Shown here: piece after piece, positions 19,631 to 29,748 of the stretch
Numbering within the stretch: the stretch's first letter is position 1
How the letters are laid out: each line of letters starts with the position of its first letter
NCBI GenBank assembly: GCA_965217265.1
Contig: CBDCHP010000013.1
Coordinates: 61,709-125,708 of the forward strand
From: Geminicoccaceae bacterium
GTDB taxonomy: Bacteria; Pseudomonadota; Alphaproteobacteria; Geminicoccales; Geminicoccaceae
Length of the DNA stretch: 64,000 bases
Reading direction: 5' to 3'
Made by a program: the position numbers and the translations under genes
The notes under the pieces: generated by a model
The model's input: the letters and a program-made list of their open reading frames with translations, nothing else
What the model was told of the DNA's origin: nothing
Databases searched by the model: none

Positions 19631-20433
19631 TAACCCCCCGGCAGCACCACGACCGTCGGCCGATCCGGCAGCGTCGCGGCCGAGACGGTGATCTCGGGCT
19701 CGGGCGACATCTCGACGGCGTAGCCGTCGAGATGGGCGAGGAAGCCTTTGAGGACCCCGGCCGAGAAGTAGTGCATCGGCAGGACCATCCGGGCACCCGT
19801 GACGCGAACCGACTCGGCCATCGCGGCGTGGCTCGACGTGTAGACCCCGTCCGCCGGCGCCATGACGATGTCGAGTTGACCGATCCAGCCGAGGTCGGCG
19901 TAAGAGAGCGCGTGGTGCAGGTGGCCGAGGTGGCCGATGCACAAGTCCGCCACCTCGAAGACGAAGATCGAGTTGCCGTCGACGATCCGGCCCTGCCCGA
20001 AGCCGCGAATGTCGCTCGGCACGCTGCGGATCAGCACGTCCTCGATCTGGACGTGGTGGTTGGCGGGACCGCCTTGGAGGTTCCAGCCGGGCAGGACGTG
20101 CGCGATCTTCGGATCGGGGCTGGTGGTGTAGTGCGTCGCGTGACCGCGGTTCATCGTCACGACGTCGGGCACGACGCCGGGGCCGGCGTTGCCGTCGTAG
20201 TCGGTGGCGATCGTCAGCCCGCCCGGGCTCTCGATCAGGAAGGTCGCGTGGCCGATGAAGCGCAAGCGCACCGCGTCACCCCCGGCCTGGAGCGGCACGT
20301 AGCGCACCGGCAGCGTCGTCGGCGCCGCGTTCGCCATGACGAGGCAGCGGCTGGGCGGGTAATCCTGGGCCATCGCGGCCGTCGCCGCGCCAAAGCAGCA
20401 AGCGAGCCCGAGCGTCAATCGCAGCACCATCAT
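19630..20433 (-). CDS. secreted MBL-fold metallo-hydrolase family protein
   Basis: Signal peptide MMVLRLTLGLACCFGAATAAMAQ; FIGHATFLIE and GHLGHLHH motifs typical of the UPF0173/MBL-like fold. Confidence 0.7.
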   Translation of the reverse strand: MMVLRLTLGLACCFGAATAAMAQDYPPSRCLVMANAAPTTLPVRYVPLQAGGDAVRLRFIGHATFLIESPGGLTIATDYDGNAGPGVVPDVVTMNRGHATHYTTSPDPKIAHVLPGWNLQGGPANHHVQIEDVLIRSVPSDIRGFGQGRIVDGNSIFVFEVADLCIGHLGHLHHALSYADLGWIGQLDIVMAPADGVYTSSHAAMAESVRVTGARMVLPMHYFSAGVLKGFLAHLDGYAVEMSPEPEITVSAATLPDRPTVVVLPGG

Positions 20434-20530
20434 CTCATCCCTTTTTCGCCGAGCCTATCCCTCACCCATTACCTAAGGCGACGGGCGCGTGGAGAAAGCC
20501 TGACCCCGACGGACGAGGGCGCGCGGGGCC

Positions 20531-21853
20531 TCAGCCGTTCGGCGGGGGCTTGAGGCGCTGCATCAGCCGTCCCCGCGCCGCTTTGGGCAGGGCGACCCGG
20601 ACCCTGGTCCCCTCCTCGCCGTCCTCACGGGTGAGCATCCGGCCTTGCTGGTGCAGCCAGGAGAGGACGTCGCCTTGGTCGTGACCGAGGGCGAGGTCAA
20701 GTACCTCGTCGTCCTCGGCGAGCACGGCGTCGACGCGGGTCAAGAGGGTTTCGATCCCGACCCCGCTCAGGGCCGACACGGGCACCACGTCGGGCCTGGC
20801 GGCGGTGTCGGCGTCGAGGCGCGCCAACTCGTCGGGCTTCAGACGGTCGATCTTGTTCCACACCTCGATCAGCCGATGCTCGGGCGCGCCCGGATCGACG
20901 CCGAGGTCGCGCAGGACCCCGATCACGTCGCGCGCCTGCGCGTCGGCGGCGGCGTGGCTGATGTCGCGCACGTGCAAGATCAAGTCGGCGGACAAGACCT
21001 CTTCGAGCGTCGCACGAAAGGACGCTACAAGCGTCGTTGGGAGGTCGGTGATGAAGCCCACCGTGTCGGAGAGGATGACGTTGCGGCCCGAGGGCAGCTT
21101 GACCACGCGCATGGTCGGGTCGAGGGTGGCGAACAACTGGTCGGCCGCGAACACCTCGGCCCCGGTCACGCGGTTGAACAGGGTCGACTTGCCGGCGTTG
21201 GTGTAGCCGACCAGCGCCACGACCGGGTAGGGCACGCGCCCCCGCGCCTCGCGGTGCAGACCGCGGGTGCGCTTCACGTCCTCCAGGTCGCGCTTGAGCC
21301 CGGCGATCCGGTCGTCGATCCGGCGGCGGTCGAGCTCGATCTGCCGTTCGCCAGGGCCACCCATGAAGCCGCCGCCGCCGCGCTGCCGCTCCAGGTGGGT
21401 CCAGGAGCGAACGAGGCGCGAGCGCTGGTAGGTGAGCGCCGCGAGATCGACCTGCATCACGCCCTCGCGCGTGCGGGCGCGCTCGCCGAAGATCTCCAGG
21501 ATGAGGCCGGTACGGTCGATGACCTTGGTCTTCCAGGCCCGCTCCAGGTTGCGCTGCTGCACAGGGCTGAGTTGTCCATCGACGACGACGACGGTGACGG
21601 GTTCGGCTTCGAGGGTGACGCCGATCTCGCCGACCTTGCCGCTGCCGAGCAGCGTCGCGGGCCGTAGGCCGCGCAAAGGCGCCATCGCCGTGGCGGCGAC
21701 GTCGAGGCCGATCGCGGCGGCGAGCCCGACCGCCTCGTCGAGCCTGGCCTCGGCGCGCTCGGCCGCCGCCGCGTCGTCGGCGAGGTAAGGATGGACGACG
21801 AACGCACGCTCGTCGAGCGCCGCGTTCGCGCCGTCGGCCGTCTCTGGGTTCAG
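20531..21853 (-). CDS. hflX: GTPase HflX (start uncertain: proposed CTG 21853 overlapping the hfq stop; first ATG is at 21685)
   Basis: G-domain motifs [18 protein letters not shown]. The HflX N-terminal domain similarity ([10 protein letters not shown]...[11 protein letters not shown]) extends upstream of ATG 21685, with no in-frame ATG/GTG/TTG there. Confidence 0.85.
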   Translation of the reverse strand: MNPETADGANAALDERAFVVHPYLADDAAAAERAEARLDEAVGLAAAIGLDVAATAMAPLRGLRPATLLGSGKVGEIGVTLEAEPVTVVVVDGQLSPVQQRNLERAWKTKVIDRTGLILEIFGERARTREGVMQVDLAALTYQRSRLVRSWTHLERQRGGGGFMGGPGERQIELDRRRIDDRIAGLKRDLEDVKRTRGLHREARGRVPYPVVALVGYTNAGKSTLFNRVTGAEVFAADQLFATLDPTMRVVKLPSGRNVILSDTVGFITDLPTTLVASFRATLEEVLSADLILHVRDISHAAADAQARDVIGVLRDLGVDPGAPEHRLIEVWNKIDRLKPDELARLDADTAARPDVVPVSALSGVGIETLLTRVDAVLAEDDEVLDLALGHDQGDVLSWLHQQGRMLTREDGEEGTRVRVALPKAARGRLMQRLKPPPNG

Positions 21854-22119
21854 TTGCGCTCGCCCTCGGGCTGCCGGGCCTCGTCCTGCGCCGGATCGTA
21901 GAGCCGCACCGCCGCGGACGGCATCACCGTCGAGACCGCGTGCTTGTAGACCAATTGGACGTGGCCGTCGCGGCGAAGCAGCAGGCAGAAGTTGTCGAAC
22001 GAACTGATATTGCCCTGCAATTTGACGCCGTTGATCAGAAAAATCGTCACGGGTATCTTGTTCTTGCGGACGTAGTTCAAGAACACGTCCTGCAAATTTT
22101 GTTGTTTTTCGGCCGCCAT
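21850..22119 (-). CDS. hfq: RNA chaperone Hfq
   Basis: [59 protein letters not shown] is a canonical Sm1/Sm2 Hfq sequence. Confidence 0.97.
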   Translation of the reverse strand: MAAEKQQNLQDVFLNYVRKNKIPVTIFLINGVKLQGNISSFDNFCLLLRRDGHVQLVYKHAVSTVMPSAAVRLYDPAQDEARQPEGERN

Positions 22120-22300
22120 GGCTCGTTTCCCCGTCAGGTCTTATTTCTCTTGCCGCTACCGTACCGAACCGGCGTCACGGTAGGCACGAAGGCGCCGCAA
22201 ACTGTCTTGCAGTGTCACAGCTTGAGATAACCCCACCTTGCCTGCCCTGCAAGCGCCGTGGGCGGCAAAGTTGCTGGCTGAGGCCAGTTTTCACCAACTT

Positions 22301-23164
22301 CTAGTGGAACCTTGAGTCCAGTTCGGCCGCCTCGGCGTAGAGAGCCTGGAGGCGCGCGGTCACCGTACCGGGATGGCCGTTGCCGACCGTCCGGTCGTCG
22401 ATGCGCACGACCGGCAGGACGAAGGACGACGTGCTCGTGACGAACGCCTCACGCGCCGCGCGCGCCTCGTCCAGGGTGAAGGCGCGCTCCTCGACCGGGA
22501 TCCCGTCCGCGCGGGCGACTTCGAGGACGCGCGAGCGGGTGATGCCGCCCAGGATATCGTGGCCCAAGGGGTGCGTGCGAAGCGTGCCGTCGGCGTCGAC
22601 GATCCAGGCGTTGGACGAGCTGGCCTCGGTCACCGTGCCGTCGGGCAAATAAAGCCACGCCTCGTAGCAGCCGGCGTCCTTCGCCTCTTGCTTGGCGAGC
22701 GCGTTGGGCAGGAGCGACACCGACTTGATGTCGCAACGCGCCCAGCGCTCGTCGGGCAGGGTGACGACCCCCACCCCTTCGCGCCACTGGGTCGGGTTCG
22801 GCAACGATGCGCGGCGGACGACGACGACGAGGTTGGGTTTGAGGTCCTTGGCGTAGAGGTGGTTGCGCGGCGCCGTGCCGCGGCTGATCTGGAGGTAGAC
22901 CGTCGCCTCGCGCAGCCGGTTGCGGCGCAGCGTCTCGTCGATGACCTGGCGAAGGGCACCGCGCGTCATCGGCATGGCGATGCCCAGCTCGCCGAGCGAG
23001 CGTTCGAGGCGGTCCATGTGCCGGGCCACATCCTTCGGCTCGCCCCCCACGACCTTCATCACCTCGTAGACCCCGTCGGCGAACTGGTAGCCGCGGTCCT
23101 CGACCGGCACGGCCGGGCGGGAGACCGCCTGATAGCGCCCGTTGACGTAGGCGACGCGCGCCAT
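22301..23164 (-). CDS. class IV aminotransferase (D-amino-acid / branched-chain aminotransferase family)
   Basis: VEDRGYQFADGVYEV and EASSSNAWIV motifs; 287 aa; conserved position between trkA and hfq. Confidence 0.8.
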   Translation of the reverse strand: MARVAYVNGRYQAVSRPAVPVEDRGYQFADGVYEVMKVVGGEPKDVARHMDRLERSLGELGIAMPMTRGALRQVIDETLRRNRLREATVYLQISRGTAPRNHLYAKDLKPNLVVVVRRASLPNPTQWREGVGVVTLPDERWARCDIKSVSLLPNALAKQEAKDAGCYEAWLYLPDGTVTEASSSNAWIVDADGTLRTHPLGHDILGGITRSRVLEVARADGIPVEERAFTLDEARAAREAFVTSTSSFVLPVVRIDDRTVGNGHPGTVTARLQALYAEAAELDSRFH

Positions 23165-23263
23165 GCGTTTCTCTCCTAGTTTGTTCCGTCCAGCCTACCG
23201 GCCCTTGGCCTACTTGAGGCTGGACGGAGGGGCCTGTCCGCGAGGATCTAGTAGGCTTTGCGG

Positions 23264-24640
23264 CTAGAAGTAGTCCAACCGCACCGCGAACAACTGCTCG
23301 ACACGCTTCACGACGTCGTTGCGCGCGACCAGGATGACCCGGTCCTTGGGCTCGATGACCGTGTTGCTGCGCGGCATGACGACGGCGTCGTCGCGGATGA
23401 TGGCGCCGACGATCAGCCCGCCGTGCGGGCGCAGCTCCTTCAAGGGCTTGCCGACGAGCGGCGAGGTTTCAAGCGCCTCGGCCTCGTAGATCTCGGCCTC
23501 GCCGTCGCGGATGCTGTGCACCGACTTCAAGCGGCCGCGGCGGACGTGCTGCAGGACCGAGGAGACCGTCGTCTCGCGCGGGTTGATGGTGACGTCGATG
23601 CCGATGCGCCGCGTGATCAGGTCGTAGGTCGAGTTGTTGACCAGCGCCAGCGCCCGACCGTCGCCGAGGCGCTTGCCGAGCAGCGCCGTCATGATGTTGA
23701 TCTCGTCGTTGTTGGTGACGCCGACGATCGCCTGCGCCGTGCGGGCGTTGGCCTCGTCGAGGATCTCGCGATCGCGCGCGTCGCCTTGCAGGACGATCGT
23801 GCGCTTGAGGTGGTCGGCGACGTAGGCGGCGCGCTCGGGATTGTTCTCGATCAGCTTGATCGAGAGGTTGGTGAACCGCTTTTCCAAGATGCGCGCCAGG
23901 AACATGCCGATATTGCCGCCGCCGGCGATGATCACCCGCTCCGACATGCGCTGGCCGTAGCCGAACGCCGGCAGCGCCCGCTCCAGGTGCTTGGTCTCGA
24001 CGACGACGTGGACCTCGTCGTGGGCGAGGAGCTGGTCGTCGGCGTCGGGGATGAAGAACTTCTCCTCGCGCACGACGCCGACGCAGATCAGGTGCAGGTT
24101 CGGGAACAGGTAGGTCAACTGGCGCAGGGGCGTGTTGATGATCGGCGTCTCGGGCGTGCAGCGAAGTGCGATCAGCCGCACCTTGTCGTCGGCGAAGGGG
24201 ACGACGGTCAAGGCGCCCGGCACTTCGAGCCGAAGCGCGATCGCCTGCGCCACCTCGACCTCGGGCGAGATGATGACGTCGATCGGCATGTGATCGCGGC
24301 GAAACAGGTTGTGCCAGCGGCCCTGCAGGTAGTCCTGGCTGCGCACCCGGGCGATCTTGGTCGGCACGTTGAACAAGGAGTGCGCCACTTGGCAGGCCAT
24401 CATGTTGACCTCGTCGCCCTGCGTCACGGCGATCAGCATGTCGGCATCGGGGGCGCCGGCCTGCTCCAGCGTGCCGGGATGCGAGGCGTGGCCGACGATC
24501 GCCTGGAGGTCGACCGTGTCGCCGATCTTGCGCACCAAGTCCGGGCGCTGGTCGATGATCGTGACGTCGTTGCCGGCCGCCGCCAAGTAGCGGCCGATAT
24601 TGTAGCCGACGAGGCCGGCACCGGCGATGATGACCTTCAA
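23264..24640 (-). CDS. trkA: Trk system potassium uptake protein TrkA
   Basis: Two Rossmann motifs (MKVIIAGAGLVGYNIG; VIIAGGGNIGMFLA) with RCK C-domains; 458 aa. Confidence 0.93.
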   Translation of the reverse strand: MKVIIAGAGLVGYNIGRYLAAAGNDVTIIDQRPDLVRKIGDTVDLQAIVGHASHPGTLEQAGAPDADMLIAVTQGDEVNMMACQVAHSLFNVPTKIARVRSQDYLQGRWHNLFRRDHMPIDVIISPEVEVAQAIALRLEVPGALTVVPFADDKVRLIALRCTPETPIINTPLRQLTYLFPNLHLICVGVVREEKFFIPDADDQLLAHDEVHVVVETKHLERALPAFGYGQRMSERVIIAGGGNIGMFLARILEKRFTNLSIKLIENNPERAAYVADHLKRTIVLQGDARDREILDEANARTAQAIVGVTNNDEINIMTALLGKRLGDGRALALVNNSTYDLITRRIGIDVTINPRETTVSSVLQHVRRGRLKSVHSIRDGEAEIYEAEALETSPLVGKPLKELRPHGGLIVGAIIRDDAVVMPRSNTVIEPKDRVILVARNDVVKRVEQLFAVRLDYF

Positions 24641-24646
24641 TTGCGC

Positions 24647-26032
24647 TCAGTCCTCGCCGCTGTGCAGGCCGAGCGTCTTCAGCTTACGGTGCAAGGCGGA
24701 GCGCTCCATGCCGACGAAATTGGCGGTGCGCGAGATGTTGCCGCCGAAGCGTTGCAACTGCGCTTGCAGGTACGAGCGCTCGAAATGCTCCCTCGCCTCG
24801 CGCAGCGGCATCGAGACCAGTTCGCCGTTCGCCTTCGGGTCCATGCGGCGCGTGGCGCTGTCGGTCAGTTCCGGCGGTAGGCCGCCCGCGCCGATCGGCG
24901 TACGCGCGTCGCCCGGCGCCATGATCAGCATCCACTCGACCGCGTTCTTGAGCTGGCGCACGTCGCCCGGCCAGTCGGTCGTCTGCAAGACCGCCATCGC
25001 CTCGTCGCTGACCGGCCGCGGGTTGAGGCCGGACGAGGTGGCGGCGAGCCGCATGAAGTGGGCGACGAGGTCGGGGATGTCGGTGCGGTGCTCGGCCAGC
25101 GCCGGCACCTCCAGCGGCACGACGTTCAAGCGGTAGTAGAGGTCCTCGCGAAACCGGCCAACCGCCATCTCGGCTTTCAGATCGCGGTTGGTGATCGCGA
25201 TGATGCGCACGTCCGACTCGCGCCGATCCTGAGAGCCCATGCGGCTGAAGCTCCGGCCCTGCAAGGCTTTCAAGACCCTGCCCTGGGCGTCGGGCGGCAA
25301 ATCGGCGATCTCGTCGAGCAAAAGCGTGCCGTTGTCGGCCCGCTCCAACAGCCCTGGCACCGCCTTTTGCTCCGGGCTCAAGTAGCCCGCCTCGGCACCG
25401 AACAGCTCGACGTCGAGGCGCTCGGGCTCGATGCCGCTCGCGTTCAAGACGACGAACGGCCCGGCGACCCGGCGCGAGCGCTCGTGCAGGAGGCGGGCGA
25501 CTACCTCCTTGCCGCATCCGGGCGGGCCGGCAATCAAGACGCGGCTGTTGGTGGGGGCCGCCTTGTCGATCGCTTGGCGCAGCCTCGCGATCGGCTGTGA
25601 GCTGCCGACCAGTTCCGGGCGGCGGACGTGCTTTTTCAGGCTCGCGACCTCGCGGCGCAGGCCTGCCGCCTCCAGCGCCCGCTCGATCGCGAGCAGGAGA
25701 CGATCGGCGTTGAACGGCTTCTCGATGAAGTCGTAGGCGCCCTTCTTGATCGCCGCGACCGCGGTCTCGATCGTGCCGTGACCGGAGAACATGATGACCG
25801 GCAGGTCGGGGAGTGCCGTCTTGATCTGGTCGAGGATCTGCACGCCGTCCAGGCGGCTGCCCTCCAGCCAGATATCGAGCAGCACGAGCGCCGGCGGGCG
25901 CTTGGCCACCTCGCGCAGCGCCTCGTCGCTGTTCGCGGCCCCGCGCGGCTGGTAGCCCTCGTCTTCGAGGACGGCGCCGACAACCTCACGGATCGCGGGC
26001 TCGTCGTCGACGATCAAAATGTCCTTGTTCAT
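24647..26032 (-). CDS. ntrX: two-component response regulator NtrX (AAA+ / Fis-HTH)
   Basis: Receiver domain ILIVDDEPAIRE...LLDIWL, AAA+ Walker A GPPGCGKE, C-terminal HTH. The region corresponding to GAFTGA reads ELFGAEAGYLSPEQ, which is typical of NtrX. Position is downstream of ntrY. Confidence 0.9.
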   Translation of the reverse strand: MNKDILIVDDEPAIREVVGAVLEDEGYQPRGAANSDEALREVAKRPPALVLLDIWLEGSRLDGVQILDQIKTALPDLPVIMFSGHGTIETAVAAIKKGAYDFIEKPFNADRLLLAIERALEAAGLRREVASLKKHVRRPELVGSSQPIARLRQAIDKAAPTNSRVLIAGPPGCGKEVVARLLHERSRRVAGPFVVLNASGIEPERLDVELFGAEAGYLSPEQKAVPGLLERADNGTLLLDEIADLPPDAQGRVLKALQGRSFSRMGSQDRRESDVRIIAITNRDLKAEMAVGRFREDLYYRLNVVPLEVPALAEHRTDIPDLVAHFMRLAATSSGLNPRPVSDEAMAVLQTTDWPGDVRQLKNAVEWMLIMAPGDARTPIGAGGLPPELTDSATRRMDPKANGELVSMPLREAREHFERSYLQAQLQRFGGNISRTANFVGMERSALHRKLKTLGLHSGED

Positions 26033-26077
26033 CTCAAAGGCCCGTCGCCGCAGCAGTTGATGATCCGGTCCGAACGC

Positions 26078-28273
26078 TTAAGCCGGCACGACACGATAGG
26101 CCGGAAACACGAGGCTGGCCAGAGCCCCCCCGTTCTGCCCTGAGGAAAGCTCGACCCGGCCTTGATGTTCCTCCATGATCTTGTGGACGATGGCAAGCCC
26201 GAGCCCGGTCCCCTTGGCGCGGGTGGTGACGTAGGGCTCCAGGAGACGGTGGCGCTCGGCCGGGGGAAAGCCGGGGCCGACGTCCTCAATCTCGACGCGC
26301 AGCCCATCGTTGTCTTGACGGACCCGGACCCAAACCTTGGCCTCGCCCCGGGTCGGGTTCTCGCTCATCGCCTGCAAGGCGTTCTGCAAGAGGTTGGTCA
26401 GCGCCTGCTCGATTTTGCCGCCGTCGCAGGCGAGGCGCAGGGGCCCATCAGGCAGGTCGAGGACGAAGGGCACCTTGGACCACGCCGATTGCTGGAGGAA
26501 CACGGCGTGGCGCACCAGTTCGCCCAGCTTCTCCTCCTTCATCTTAGGCGCCGGCATTCGGGCGAAGTTGGAGAACTCGCTCACCAAGTGGCCGATCTGG
26601 TCGACCTGCCGGACGATCGTCGTGATGGCACCGACGAAGCTCTCCTTACCCTCGGTGACCTGCGCCGCGTAGCGGCGGTTGAGGCGCTCGGCCGAGAGGC
26701 GGATCGGGGTCAGCGGGTTCTTGATCTCGTGCGCGATCCGCCGCGCCACCTCCGACCATGCCGCTTGACGCTGGGCCGAGAGCAGCGCCGTGATGTCGTC
26801 GAAGGTGAGGACGTAGCCGCCGACCTCGCCGCCCTGCAGCTGCGCCGCGACGCGCACGAGGAGCGTGCGCTCGGCCCCGTCGCGGCCGATGGCGACCTGC
26901 TGCTCCAAGGTGGCGTGCGGACTCGACTTCGCCTTGGCGAGCAGGGGCACGACCTCGGGCAGGACGGCCTCGACCGGCGAGCCGGCGAGTTCGCCCCCCT
27001 CGCCGCTCAGGAACTCGATCGCCGCGCGGTTCGGCAGGACGACGAAGCCGTCGGCGTCGATGCCCAAGACCCCAGCCGAGACCCCGGCGAGCACCGCCTC
27101 GGTGAAGCGGCGGCGCTCGTCGAGCTGGCGGTTGGCCTCGATCAGTTCGCGCCGCTGGCTGCCGAGCTGCGAGGTCATGCGGTTGAAGGCGCGCGACAGG
27201 TCTTGGATCTCGTCCTGCTGCCCCGGCCCCTCGGGCACGCGCGCCATGAGGTCGCCCGCCCGCACGCGGTTGGCGGCCTCGACCAGCCGGGCGATCGGTG
27301 CCGCCAAGCGATCGGCGAGGTTCAAACCGACCCAGACCGAGGCGAGCAGGAGCAAGAGTGCCACGATGCCGAACAGGGCAGCCGAGGTGATCTGGATGCC
27401 GCGCCGCTCGCCCTCCATGCGCCGGTACTCGGTCACCATCGCCTGCGTGCGCTGCATGTAGCCCAAGACTTCGGCGTCGACGAAGCGGCCGACGTAGAGG
27501 TAGGCGTCGCCGAAGCCGTCGAGGCGGACCAGGGCCCGCACCCGGTCGTCGGCGTCCGAGGTCAGCACCACCACCTGCCCGTCGCCGGCGCGATCAATGA
27601 CGTCCGGACCCAGGTTGCCCCACTCCATCGTGAAGCTCAAACCCGTTCGGGCCAGCACGTTGCCGGTGCTGTCGAAGACAACGGCCTCGGTCAGCGAGCG
27701 CACGGCGGCCTGGGCGTTGACCAACGCCTGCAGGCGGTAGGGATCGCCGAACAGCATGGCGCCGTCGCGGTTCAGGTCGCTCGCCATCGCCAAAGCGTCG
27801 GCACGGATGTTCTCTTTGTGCTCTTTGAGATAGGCCTCGGCGACGTTGAGCGAGTTGGTGAGCGCGGTTCGGATCCGGTCCGAGAACCACGTCTCAAGCC
27901 CGGAACTCAAGAAGAAGACCGAGAACAAGGAGACGACGATAGCGGGCGCCACGGCGACGACGGCGAACAGCGCCACGAGCTTGCCGTGCAGCTTGGAGCC
28001 GGCGAGCCCGCTCTTGCGCTCCAGCCACAAGCGCACGAGCCGCCTCGCCACGATGAGCCCGAGCAGGAGCAGGATCACGAGGTCCAGGTTCAGCAAGAAC
28101 AAGACCGTGTGGATCGAGCTGCCGTAGGGAGGCGTCTGGAAGATGACGAGGTAGGTCATGAAGCCCGCGATCACGGCGAGCACGACGAGGAACAGCGCCA
28201 AGCGCCGCTCGACGTCGATGCGCCGAAAGCGGGCGATGAGACCGGGCTCGATCAAGCGGAGCGACGAGAGCAC
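26078..28273 (-). CDS. ntrY: sensor histidine kinase NtrY
   Basis: N-terminal TM segments, HAMP and PAS, H-box IAHEIKNPLTPI, and an ATPase domain with GTGLGLAIV; 731 aa. Confidence 0.9.
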   Translation of the reverse strand: MLSSLRLIEPGLIARFRRIDVERRLALFLVVLAVIAGFMTYLVIFQTPPYGSSIHTVLFLLNLDLVILLLLGLIVARRLVRLWLERKSGLAGSKLHGKLVALFAVVAVAPAIVVSLFSVFFLSSGLETWFSDRIRTALTNSLNVAEAYLKEHKENIRADALAMASDLNRDGAMLFGDPYRLQALVNAQAAVRSLTEAVVFDSTGNVLARTGLSFTMEWGNLGPDVIDRAGDGQVVVLTSDADDRVRALVRLDGFGDAYLYVGRFVDAEVLGYMQRTQAMVTEYRRMEGERRGIQITSAALFGIVALLLLLASVWVGLNLADRLAAPIARLVEAANRVRAGDLMARVPEGPGQQDEIQDLSRAFNRMTSQLGSQRRELIEANRQLDERRRFTEAVLAGVSAGVLGIDADGFVVLPNRAAIEFLSGEGGELAGSPVEAVLPEVVPLLAKAKSSPHATLEQQVAIGRDGAERTLLVRVAAQLQGGEVGGYVLTFDDITALLSAQRQAAWSEVARRIAHEIKNPLTPIRLSAERLNRRYAAQVTEGKESFVGAITTIVRQVDQIGHLVSEFSNFARMPAPKMKEEKLGELVRHAVFLQQSAWSKVPFVLDLPDGPLRLACDGGKIEQALTNLLQNALQAMSENPTRGEAKVWVRVRQDNDGLRVEIEDVGPGFPPAERHRLLEPYVTTRAKGTGLGLAIVHKIMEEHQGRVELSSGQNGGALASLVFPAYRVVPA

Positions 28274-28308
28274 AGGCGCGCGGCTTTCCCTGATGGCTTA
28301 CAGCCCGG

Positions 28309-29748
28309 TCAAACACCCCTGGTCGAGGGGATGTCAAGCTCACGCATCTTCTTACGCAGCGTGTTGCGGTTGAGGCCCAGGATATCGGCGGCGCGCAGCT
28401 GATTGCCGCGGGTGTGCTGCAGCACCTTCGCGATCAGCGGCCGCTCGACCTCGTGCAGCACCCGATCATAGAGGCCGAACGGCAGCCGACCGTTGCCGTC
28501 CGCCTTCACCATCCGGTCCAGGTGCCGCTCGACGGCACCGCTCAAGCTGTCGTCGACGAGGCCGCCGGCACCTGGCGACGGACGCGCCCTCGCCTCTTCC
28601 AGTTCGCCCGCGATCACCGCCTCGTCGATGATCTCCTCGGGCCATAAGACGGCGAGGCGCCTGACGAGGTTCTCCAGCTCGCGCACGTTGCCGGGCCAGA
28701 CGTGGCCCTTCAGCCGGGCGAGTGCGGCAGGCCCGATCGACTTGAGCGGCAGTCCCTCGGCGTGGGCGCGGGCGAGGAAGTGCTGGACCAGGGCCGGCAC
28801 GTCCTCGACCCGCTCTCGAAGGGCCGGCAGGCGCAGCGGCACGACGTTGAGGCGGTAGAACAAGTCCTCGCGAAAGAGGCCCTGGCCGACGAGGAGGCGC
28901 AGATCGCGGTGCGAGGCGGCGACGACCCGGACGTCGGCCCGGACCGGGTTCGTCGCTCCCACCGGCAGGAACTCGCCCTGCTGCAGGACGCGAAGCAGCC
29001 GGGTCTGCGCGTCCAAGGGCATGTCGCCGATCTCGTCGAGGAACAAGGTCCCCCCCTCGGCCTGCTCGAAGCGCCCCGCGCGGCGCGCCTGGGCGCCGGT
29101 GAAGGCACCGCGCTCGTGGCCGAACAATTCGCTCTCGATCAGCTCGCGCGGGATCGCCGCCATGTTGACGGCGACGAAGGGGCCGTCGCGGCGCTTGCCA
29201 AAATCGTGCAGGGCCTTGGCGACCAGCTCCTTACCGGTGCCCGATTCGCCCGAGATGAGGACGGTGAGGTCGGTGCGGGTCAGCCGCGCGATGACGCGGT
29301 AGATCTCCTGCATCGCCGGCGAGCGGCCGATGATCGGCAGGTTCTCCTCAGGGATCTCCGGCGCCGCGCGGTTGGGCTTGCGGCGCTGGTCGAGCGAGCG
29401 GCGGACGACGGCGAGCAGCCCTTCGATGTCGAAGGGCTTGGGCAGGTACTCGAACGCCCCTCGCTCGGTCGCGCGCACCGCCGTCAGCAGCGTGTTCTGG
29501 GCGCTCATGACGATGACCGGCAATTCCGGCCGCAGCCCCTTGATCTGCGGCAGGAGGTCGAGCGTGTTCTCGTCGGGCAGGCCGACGTCGGTGATGACGA
29601 CGTCGCCCTCGCCGCCCGCGATCCAGCCCCACAAGGCGGACGCGACGCCCGTCGCCTGGACCTTGTAGTTCTGGCGGGAGAGCGCGCGGGCGACGACGAG
29701 GCGAATGGCGCTGTCGTCCTCGGCCAGGAGCACCGTCTCGCCGCTCAC
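28309..29748 (-). CDS. ntrC: nitrogen regulation protein NtrC (sigma-54-dependent response regulator)
   Basis: Receiver domain, Walker A GESGTGKE, intact GAFTGA (ERGAFTGAQ), Fis-type HTH at the C-terminus. Confidence 0.93.
   Translation of the reverse strand: MSGETVLLAEDDSAIRLVVARALSRQNYKVQATGVASALWGWIAGGEGDVVITDVGLPDENTLDLLPQIKGLRPELPVIVMSAQNTLLTAVRATERGAFEYLPKPFDIEGLLAVVRRSLDQRRKPNRAAPEIPEENLPIIGRSPAMQEIYRVIARLTRTDLTVLISGESGTGKELVAKALHDFGKRRDGPFVAVNMAAIPRELIESELFGHERGAFTGAQARRAGRFEQAEGGTLFLDEIGDMPLDAQTRLLRVLQQGEFLPVGATNPVRADVRVVAASHRDLRLLVGQGLFREDLFYRLNVVPLRLPALRERVEDVPALVQHFLARAHAEGLPLKSIGPAALARLKGHVWPGNVRELENLVRRLAVLWPEEIIDEAVIAGELEEARARPSPGAGGLVDDSLSGAVERHLDRMVKADGNGRLPFGLYDRVLHEVERPLIAKVLQHTRGNQLRAADILGLNRNTLRKKMRELDIPSTRGV

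Noticed and set aside
26162-28402. Very long ORFs antisense to recognised genes: 26162-28402 (+), 17779-19281 (-), 23258-24880 (+), 46124-47662 (-), 37153-38952 (+), 50581-51993 (-), 55073-56272 (-), 58285-59541 (+), 43233-45221 (+), and others.
   Set aside because: They are Arg/Gly/Ala/Pro-rich and low in complexity, carry no recognisable motifs, and each lies opposite a gene with clear family signatures. These are the typical stop-codon-poor shadow frames of GC-rich DNA.
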